Source: Octopus sinensis (lineage: Eukaryota). From it: DNA of 6,074 nt. Below are positions 1 through 6,074 of the stretch, piece after piece. The stretch covers positions 1-6,074 of the forward strand of contig NW_021829469.1 in NCBI RefSeq assembly GCF_006345805.1. Reading direction: 5' to 3'. How positions within the stretch are numbered: position 1 is the first letter of the stretch; every line of letters begins with the position of its first letter. Position numbers and translations under genes: made by a program. The notes below the pieces were generated by a model. That model saw only the letters and a list, made by a program, of their open reading frames with translations. It did not search any database and was not told where the DNA came from.

Positions 1-2
1 CT

Positions 3-350
3 GGTGACTTCAATGGACATGTTGGACAACATACAGGGGGCTTCCATGGTGTACATGGAGGCTACGGTTATGGTTCCCGCAATGAGGAGGGAACCAGGCT
101 GCTGGAGTTCTGCGATGCAAATGATCTTATGATTTGCAATACCATAAGAAACCTACAAGTAACCTAGGAAACCCACCAGTCACCTAGTCACCTACCGATC
201 GGGCCGACGTACTAGCCAAATTGACTAGATCCTTGCCAGAAAAAGGGAAAGATGGCAGCTTATAAATTCCAAAACCTTCCCAGGTGAAGAATGTATCCAA
301 CAACATAGACTGGTAGTTAGTGACTTTAGGATCAGGACTAAGTGGATGCC
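3..350 (+). pseudogene. C-terminal part of the LINE apurinic-like endonuclease domain (disrupted)
   Basis: The frame from 3 reads GDFNGHVGQHTGGFHGVHGGYGYGSRNEEGTRLLEFCDANDLMICNT. After an indel near 141-165 it continues RKPTSHLVTYRSGRRTSQID*ILARKRERWQLINSKTFPGEECIQQHRLVVSDF. These match the GDFN, IDY and DH-equivalent motifs of LINE endonucleases. Confidence 0.88.
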
Positions 351-1136
351 CAGAAGACGACCAACATGGAAAAGAAGGGTCTGGAGGCTTAAAGATTCTG
401 CGAATGGACAGAGATTTAGAGACATATATTACTCAAAGATTTTGACAAAATAGAAGGGGATATAGCTTCACAAAGTGTAGAAGACAACTGGAGGTTTCTA
501 CGGGACAACCTGCTGAGAGCCACTGACGAAATCTGTGAATGTGCAAAGTCCCCTCTCAACCCAATATAACGTGGTGGTGGAACAATGTTGTAGACAGGGC
601 TATTAGAGAAAAGAGACAGGCTTGGAAGGACTGGAAGAACGGTGGTAGCAGGGAATTGTATCAGACTGCCAGAGGAGAAGCTAGGAGACAGGTTTATTTA
701 ACCAGAGGGAAAGCAGATAAGAAAAAATTTGCCAATGTTCTGCGCCATGAGGATCAAAGACTTGAGGTATTTTGTGTTGCAAGACAGTGTGTGAGAGAGA
801 ATTGTCATGTCGGAGAGAAATGTGTCTGCATGGATGCTGGTTCTCTTGCGCTAAATGGGGCTGCAAACAGAGAGGTTTGGAGACGCCACTATGAAAGGTT
901 GCTGAATATAGAAAATGAATGAGACAAAGAGAGTCTGCTGAATGTCGACCCAACAGAAGGACCAGCTATCCGAGTTGACAGTACCTTGGTAGATAAAGCA
1001 ATAGAAAGTATGAAGGCAGGGAAAGCCCCCAGCCAATCAGAAATTACTGCAGAGATGCTCAAAATATCTGGCAGTGTCAGCTATAGCCTGGTCTCCAGTA
1101 TAGTTAACCAGGTGATACACGAAGGAGTCATACCCA

Positions 1137-1730
1137 ATGACTGGTGTAGCAGTCAACTGCTACAAAGGTAAAGGTGGTGCTTTAGATACAAATAATTACA
1201 GAAGTATCAAGCTGTTGGATCAGGTAATGAAAATCACAGAGAGGGTCATAGCCCAACTAATTAGGGAGAGAGTAAGTTTGGATGAGATGCAGTTTGGTTT
1301 TGTGCCAGGGAAAAGCACCACTGATGCTATATTTCTGGTAAGACAGCTGCAGGAAAAATACCTAGCCAAAGATAAGCCCCTGTACCTGGATTTCATTGAC
1401 ATTGAGAAAGCCTTTGACAGGGTCCCCCGATCCCTTATCTGGTGGTCAATGAGGGACGCTGTCAGTAAGGAGAGGGTTGGCAACGAGCACAGTGAAGAAT
1501 TCCGGGTAGAGGTAGGGGTCCACCAAGGTTCAGTCCACAGCCTCCTCCTATTTATCATAGTCCTCCAGGCAATAACGGAGAAATTCAAGACAGGATACCC
1601 CTGGGAGCTCCTCTATGCTGATGACCTTGCTCTAATTTCTGAGTCACTATCAGAACTAGAGGAGAAGTTTCAAGTATGGAAACAAGGATTAGAATCGAGG
1701 GGCCTTAGAGTCAACCTAGCTAATAAGTAG
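1137..1730 (+). pseudogene. Reverse transcriptase core of the LINE (longest surviving open stretch, with an internal deletion)
   Basis: The supplied 197-aa ORF contains QFGF, DIEKAFD, GVHQGS and YADD (tat gct gat gac at 1614-1625). Its ATG is out of frame with the upstream LINE sequence, so it is a remnant, not a gene. Confidence 0.92.
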
Positions 1731-1770
1731 GAAGGCAGGCAAACCACAAATCCCTTCAGGTAGATGACCC

Positions 1771-1848
1771 TGCTCGATCTGTTGAAAAGGCGTAGGTAGA
1801 AACTTTATAAGATGTACCCAGTGTAAGCTATGGACACATAAGAGGTGC
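1771..1848 (+). other. Truncated Cys/His (PHD/zinc-finger-like) motif downstream of the RT core
   Basis: Reads CSIC*KGVGRNFIRCTQCKLWTHKRC (C-x2-C-x10-C-x2-C-x4-H-x2-C). A final Cys pair expected for a PHD-type finger is absent because the element ends here. Confidence 0.7.
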
Positions 1849-2460
1849 AGCATATTACCTTTGGTTTGGCTGGCCCAAGCAAGTTATTTCATTGAAATTT
1901 CCAGTTATCAGCTATATTACAGATTGCAAATTCCTATTGTTCATTATGATAGGCAAGGCTGTAAGTGCAAACAAAATGCAACAGAATATATCATGATATA
2001 ATTGTGAAGTAAAGCAATTATAATGTCAAACATCACTGCCTTCATTTGGATCATTTGTAAAGAAGAAAATAAAGTGATGAAATTAACAACAAATGAAGGA
2101 AATTACTGGAAAAGAATGTGATACTATGCCTTGATAATTTGAAATGTTTAAGCAATTAACGATAGAACAAAGTGTGTCAATTTGGCAAAACTTAGGCAAA
2201 GAACTTAAAGCACAGATACACTTTTGCAGCACTACATACTTTTATATATCAAAGCTCTGACCTTTTCTACTTCTAGTTAACAAGAGTTCAGCAGATAGTA
2301 ATTTTGCTTTGTGAAATGACTGGTAGTTTTGAGAAGAATTTTATACAATTAAACTTTGCTAAAAACCTTATTACATAGTAAGCTACATAAAATTGACAAT
2401 TTAACTAATTAGTAAAATCAGCGACCCTCACTGGAATTACTTTAATTTTAAGCTAATGTT

Positions 2461-2499
2461 TTAGCATTTGATGGGATAAATCTCAAGATGACCCCACAC
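2461..2499 (-). CDS. Candidate terminal coding exon of an unidentified host gene (VWGHLEIYPIKC*)
   Basis: Very strong acceptor ctgttctgtttttgttttcAG|g (AG at 2501-2500); phase-0 frame open for 12 codons to TAA (2463-2461); GC higher than the flanks. No protein family recognised. Confidence 0.3.
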   Translation of the reverse strand: MWGHLEIYPIKC

Positions 2500-2569
2500 C
2501 TGAAAACAAAAACAGAACAGTTTCTTTTTGTATGCTGTAGGTGGAACTATGATGCTGGCAGGGTACATA

Positions 2570-2823
2570 TATAGTCTGATTAATAAGTATCCAGACTGTT
2601 GCCATAGTAATGAAGCTAAAGCACACAGACTGACCTTGAACTCTGCTGTGCATGCACATTAAATTTTAACATTCTAGCTCACTTCTGCTGTTTACAGCAG
2701 TGCTTGGAAGGAATGTGTGTAGCATGTGTTCATCGCATTGACCATGACAGAGAAAGTTGAGCAGAGAATCTGCATCAAATTTTGCCAAAAGCTTGCCAAT
2801 ACCTGCTCAGCAACCTACGCAAA
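2570..2823 (+). repeat. Left arm of the long inverted repeat (mariner TIR + 5' UTR + first ~26 transposase codons)
   Basis: Pairs with 3176-3418; about 35 mismatches in 222 aligned positions by hand, plus two larger indels. ATG at 2744 opens MTEKVEQRICIKFCQKLANTCSATYA, a typical mariner N-terminus (EQR..IKF), running into a stop at 2831-2833 just past the junction. Confidence 0.9.
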
Positions 2824-3224
2824 CTTTTCATAAATATTTCATTGTTCTCAACACAATCAAGATCTTGTGCAACTGAAACCTGAGTGTCATTTTGGTCAGC
2901 TGAAAGCAATTTTGGCACAAACTTAACAGATACATGTCTCATACCTAAATCTTCAGTGAAAATGGACTGAACTGAACCATAACTAATCTGCACATCCTCT
3001 GGTAACCACTGTATAGTGATTCGAGGATTTCTCCTCACAGCTGCACACACATCTGCAATGCGGGTCTCTCAGAATGTTCATCACTATCAACATTTTTCAG
3101 CCATCTTGAAAATGTCTGAACCATTCATACACGTGTGTGCAGCTCATACACTCCTCTCCATACACTTTCTGCAACTTTGCGTAGGCCTCTGAGCAGGTAT
3201 CACCATGACAACTTTCTCTGTCAT
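2820..3224 (-). pseudogene. Mariner transposase N-terminal remnant (HTH DNA-binding region and linker), no catalytic domain
   Basis: From ATG 3224-3222: MTEKV, a deletion, then GDTCSEAYAKLQKVYGEECMSCTHVYEWFRHFQDG*KNVDSDEHSERP, then VCAAVRRNPRITIQWLPEDVQISYGSVQSIFTEDLGMRHVSVKFVPKLLSADQ...ENNEIFMKSL. FVPKLL corresponds to the mariner WVPHEL-type linker motif. Confidence 0.9.
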
Positions 3225-3418
3225 GGTCAATGCAATGATCATACGTTACACGTGTTAATTCAGAGCACTGCTGTAAACAGCAAAAGTGAGCTAGGATGTT
3301 AAAACTTAATTCACAAGCACAGCAGAGGTCAAGGTCAATCTGTGTCATGCAGCTTTACTGTGCATGCTTTCACTTCATTACTATGGCAACAGTCCGGATA
3401 CGTATTGATCAGACCTCA
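3176..3418 (-). repeat. Right arm of the long inverted repeat (mariner TIR + 5' UTR + start of transposase)
   Basis: Its reverse complement aligns with 2570-2823 from the TIR through ...cctacgcaaa. Confidence 0.9.
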
Positions 3419-3848
3419 TATTTTCACATTTTGCTCATTTGTTTACATAAATAAATATAACAATAAGATTTTTTTACCCAAATTCTTCTCATTACTGTCA
3501 TTTCAAAAAACTATGAAAGTGCCAAATTTCACTGGTACAAGTTAATAAACACAAAGAGAAACAAAAAATGGAATGGGATACAAATGATCCAGGATAAACA
3601 TATTTCCTATGAAATATATTTATAAAAATATATTTATAAACATATATTCGCACACTTTTTTTATTTACACTGGAAAGCAACATAATGTTTCATTTTTAAT
3701 AAACTGCTGAATAGTGAAAACATCTTTACAATCCTTTCTAATAAAGTATTGCAAATATGTTTTTAAAAAGTTCAGCAAAATATTTTGATAGTTCAAGAAC
3801 CAATTACAACAGCTCATACACTATTATATGTAAATAACATGCCCCTAC

Positions 3849-3923
3849 CTGCCCACCTGCAATTAGCACAGCATTTTCATGGAAAGAATTAACTATGTTC
3901 ATCAGGATTTTGTAATATCTACA
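3849..3923 (-). CDS. Candidate 75-bp internal coding exon (CRYYKILMNIVNSFHENAVLIAGGQ)
   Basis: Acceptor ctctatttttcttgtcacctacatttatcAG|t and donor CAG|GTAGGG. Length is divisible by 3 and only the phase-0 frame is open. An alternative donor CAG|GTGGGC lies 8 nt upstream. No family recognised. Confidence 0.3.
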
Positions 3924-3979
3924 CTGATAAATGTAGGTGACAAGAAAAATAGAGATATGTTTTTAGCAAATTATTATGA

Positions 3980-4842
3980 CTAGCGGGACCCGTGAATATT
4001 TCATGGAATTAATGGTAAACCTATGGGGTTATTTCTGAAAACTTTATCCAAAAAACCTGAAAGCATAGCCTGTGTTGTGTCTATATGAAAAGACAGTCAC
4101 TCTACTACTCATTGAAAAATGAAAGAAATTGGAATATGATGATTACTTAATGCACTTTATATAAACACTTTATGCACAATTTTATAGACACAGCACTCAT
4201 AAAAAATTTCATTCTTATTTTTCCATTTTCCCCATAAAGAAAAGGAAAATATCCCATTCATATATACAATCTCTTGTTAAATTGGATATATCTGCCACAT
4301 AAATAAGTATGAATATTTCACAGAATAGCACTTATGTGCATGTGTTAAGTGATCGGTGATATAAGAAACTTTGTTCAATTTTTCTTAAAATACACTTTTC
4401 ATTATCCAATCACTGCTACCAACACCTCCATCTCCAACATCACAATCTCTTTCTGCCTTTCTCTCTCAACACCTCATCTCTCTCTTTCTGCTCTTGTTTA
4501 ACCTCACCATCAGAACATCACCCCTCTGCTAAAATTATTATTCTGAACCCTCCTCCTCTATCTTCAACTAACTTTTTTAACCACATAATAAATATTACAT
4601 TCCCCCTATTTCACATCATGGATGCTTCTCTCTCCCTCTTTTTCTTTCTCATTATCCTATTTTTCTCTTTCCCTTGAACTAGTTATGTGAAAGTGTTACA
4701 ATTACATTCTCTCTCCCTCCTTTTCTTTCTCCCTCTTCCTCCCTCTTTTTCTCTAATCGTGTGAAAGCATTACTGGTAGGCTAGTAATGCAATGACAAGC
4801 AGAATTATTGTAAGAGTGGTATGCTAATATTACTGTTATAGA
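3980..4842 (-). mobile_element. Probable non-autonomous Helitron
   Basis: The minus strand ends ...ccatgaa-ata-ttcacgg-gtcccg-CTAG|T: a 7-bp stem with one mismatch (3990-4006), 6 nt before CTAG (3983-3980), followed by T. A candidate 5' end is A|TCtataac at 4843|4842. No Rep/helicase ORF; low-complexity interior. The 3' end is better supported than the 5' end. Confidence 0.55.
4435..4755. repeat. Pyrimidine-rich (CT) low-complexity tract with an internal degenerate duplication
   Basis: Strong C/T bias on the plus strand; ttctctctccctctttttctttctc at 4626-4650 recurs with one mismatch at 4707-4731. Confidence 0.75.
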
Positions 4843-5056
4843 TAGAAGAATCTGAAATTGAAAAGTAACAGATATATGATAAAACTTTATGCCTGTTTTT
4901 CAGCTTTTATTGATTCTAAAAATGTGTGGGTATGTTTGCTTTAGCCACTATGTTCAGAGTCACATAAAACCACCATGGAGAAATATCTAGAAATGAAAAC
5001 TGATAACACATAATAATGTTATTTTGACACTGTTGCTGATAATGATAATAGTTTAC

Positions 5057-5149
5057 CTCAAGGTAGAAGAAAATGGAGCATTCTCAAGAGATTAAAGTAA
5101 ACATAGATAAAATGTTTATAAATAAAAGCAATGCTACAATAGCATACAA
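5057..5149 (-). other. Candidate 93-bp exon with stops in all frames (single TGA in phase 0)
   Basis: Acceptor ctttcattttgttttcAG|t (AG at 5151-5150) and donor GAG|GTAAAC. Phase 0 reads [30 protein letters not shown]. Confidence 0.2.
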
Positions 5150-5370
5150 CTGAAAACAAAATGAAAGACCTGATGTACATGTATCACAAAGTTATAAACC
5201 AAAATGCAAATAGTAACATATGGTGAAATTATTTTTAAGTCATACAAAACCAACAGATTTGTTATTCTAAGCACTTGGACAGAAATACATTTTAAAGTAA
5301 ATTGATTGTCATCTGTATGCATAAACGTATTAGATATTCCATCATCCACCCATGTGAAATGTGATGCATG

Positions 5371-5538
5371 TATATATAATAAATAAATATATAGACACAC
5401 ACATGCATGTATACGTACAAAAGCACACACACACACACATATATAAACACATATAGATATATAAATATGTATGTATATATGTATATATATATATACATAT
5501 ACATATATATATATACATACATATATATACATAAATAC

Positions 5539-5569
<31 letters not shown>

Positions 5570-5630
5570 CATACATATATATATATACATACATATATAT
5601 ATATATACATATATACATATACATAAATAC

Positions 5631-5661
<31 letters not shown>

Positions 5662-5725
5662 CATACATATATATATATACATACATATATATTATACATA
5701 CATATATATATATACATAAATACTT

Positions 5726-5769
<44 letters not shown>

Positions 5770-5877
5770 CATATACATATATATATACATATACATATAT
5801 ATATACATATACATATATATATACATATATATATATATATGTTAATTGTTAACAAGGTAAAAATACACCCATCTATT

Positions 5878-5911
<34 letters not shown>

Positions 5912-5916
5912 CATAT
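5371..5916. repeat. Compound microsatellite: short (CA)n, then (TA)n/(TACA)n, with a ~35-bp non-repetitive spacer at about 5841-5875
   Basis: Directly visible; explains the Y/I/C/M/H/T-rich ORFs on both strands. Confidence 0.97.
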
Positions 5917-6074
5917 TGGCCTCTACCAGGGACGTAGCCAGCCCACTTATGTATACCTTTCCTTCTTGTGACATAAACCCTACTTGTGAAGACCTGTTGA
6001 GGCAAGTGAAAATAAAAATTGAAATCGATCAACATTAATGAAAATTGTAGTTGTGAGAACCGTAAGAGAACTAT
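5917..6074. repeat. Probable interspersed repeat (SINE/LINE-UTR-like) next to the microsatellite, running off the window
   Basis: GC content rises abruptly after the array (ggcctctaccagggacgtagccagcccacttatg...gaagacctgttgaggcaagtgaaa). It resembles my recollection of octopus dispersed repeats, which I cannot verify. No ORF or termini seen. Confidence 0.4.

Larger units (their letters stand above)
1..1851 (+). mobile_element. Decayed non-LTR retrotransposon (LINE, RTE clade); starts before the window and is truncated at its 3' side
   Basis: Manual translation across frameshifts gives colinear LINE ORF2 motifs: APE endonuclease (GDFNGHVG...GYGSRNEEGTRLLEFCDANDLMICNT; SQID*IL; QHRLVV), linker (TWWWNNVV; WRRHYERLLN; MKAGKAP), RT (NYRSIKLL; QFGFVPGKSTTDAIF; FIDIEKAFDRVPR; GVHQGS; LLYADDLAL; GLRVNLA), then C-x2-C/C-x2-C/H-x2-C. 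Several stops and frameshifts. Confidence 0.93.
2568..3420. mobile_element. Mariner (Tc1/mariner)-derived non-autonomous element with two 5' ends in inverted orientation, TA at both termini
   Basis: The left end TA-tatagtctgattaataagtatccagactgttgccatag (TA at 2568-2569) aligns with the reverse complement of the right end TA-tgaggtctgatcaatacgtatccggactgttgccatag (TA at 3419-3420). Homology continues ~250 bp through the 5' UTR into the transposase start on both sides. Confidence 0.9.

Noticed and set aside
539-1171. Plus-strand ORFs 539-922 and 986-1171 as stand-alone genes
   Set aside because: Fragments of the LINE linker region bounded by decay-derived stops and frameshifts.
225-1588. Minus-strand ORFs at 225-425, 681-953, 851-1036 and 1220-1588
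   Set aside because: Antisense shadows of the LINE ORF2 remnant; no independent motifs.
1-1851. RT as part of a prokaryotic retron, DGR, group II intron or CRISPR-associated system
   Set aside because: The upstream APE endonuclease and RTE-type motifs identify a eukaryotic LINE; no repeat-spacer array, operon structure or prokaryotic gene density is present.
1859-1960. Possible exons on either strand (minus 1958-1859 with AG/GT; plus strand ending at the GCT|GTAAGT donor at 1960)
   Set aside because: The minus candidate has stops in all three frames; the plus candidate has no clear acceptor or partner exons. Not distinguishable from chance.
2541-2562. Tiny plus-strand exon gtggaactatgatgctggcagg after a pyrimidine tract
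   Set aside because: Weak donor (GG|GTACAT), 22 bp, and no supporting neighbouring exons.
2775-3348. A domesticated SETMAR-like or active transposase gene
   Set aside because: In-frame stop, several indels, no DD34D domain and no SET exon nearby.
3342-3683. ORFs 3342-3545 (+) and 3498-3683 (-)
   Set aside because: Short, low-complexity, overlapping the mariner TIR and AT-rich flank; no recognisable domain.
4015-4080. Minus-strand peptide AMLSGFLDKVF, resembling flavodoxin-fold quinone reductases
   Set aside because: Very short match inside the probable Helitron, weak donor, frame closes soon after; likely coincidence.
5134-5937. Four long ORFs (138-187 aa) rich in Y, I, C, M, H, T
   Set aside because: They are translations of TA/TACA repeats, which lack stop codons in some frames; no coding signal.

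Overview
AT-rich eukaryotic DNA, intron-like and mostly decayed transposons; no intact gene is supported. The TA/TACA arrays and repeat types suggest an invertebrate, possibly a coleoid cephalopod (inference only). From left to right: (1) 1-1851, a decayed RTE-clade LINE with endonuclease, RT (YADD) and the start of a Cys/His finger; (2) 2568-3420, a TA-flanked mariner derivative with two 5' ends in inverted orientation, giving ~250-bp arms ~84% identical by hand count; (3) 3980-4842, a probable non-autonomous Helitron on the minus strand; (4) 5371-5916, a (TA)n/(TACA)n array with a ~92-bp higher-order period, then a probable interspersed repeat at the window end. Between these, three minus-strand segments have good splice signals and compatible phase (5149-5057, 3923-3849, 2499-2461). 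They may be exons of an unidentified host gene; the first carries one in-frame TGA. The long Y/I/C/M-rich ORFs at 5134-5937 are microsatellite artefacts. I found no evidence I can defend for a new biological system. The best leads are the 5'/5' mariner hairpin and the candidate host exons around it.
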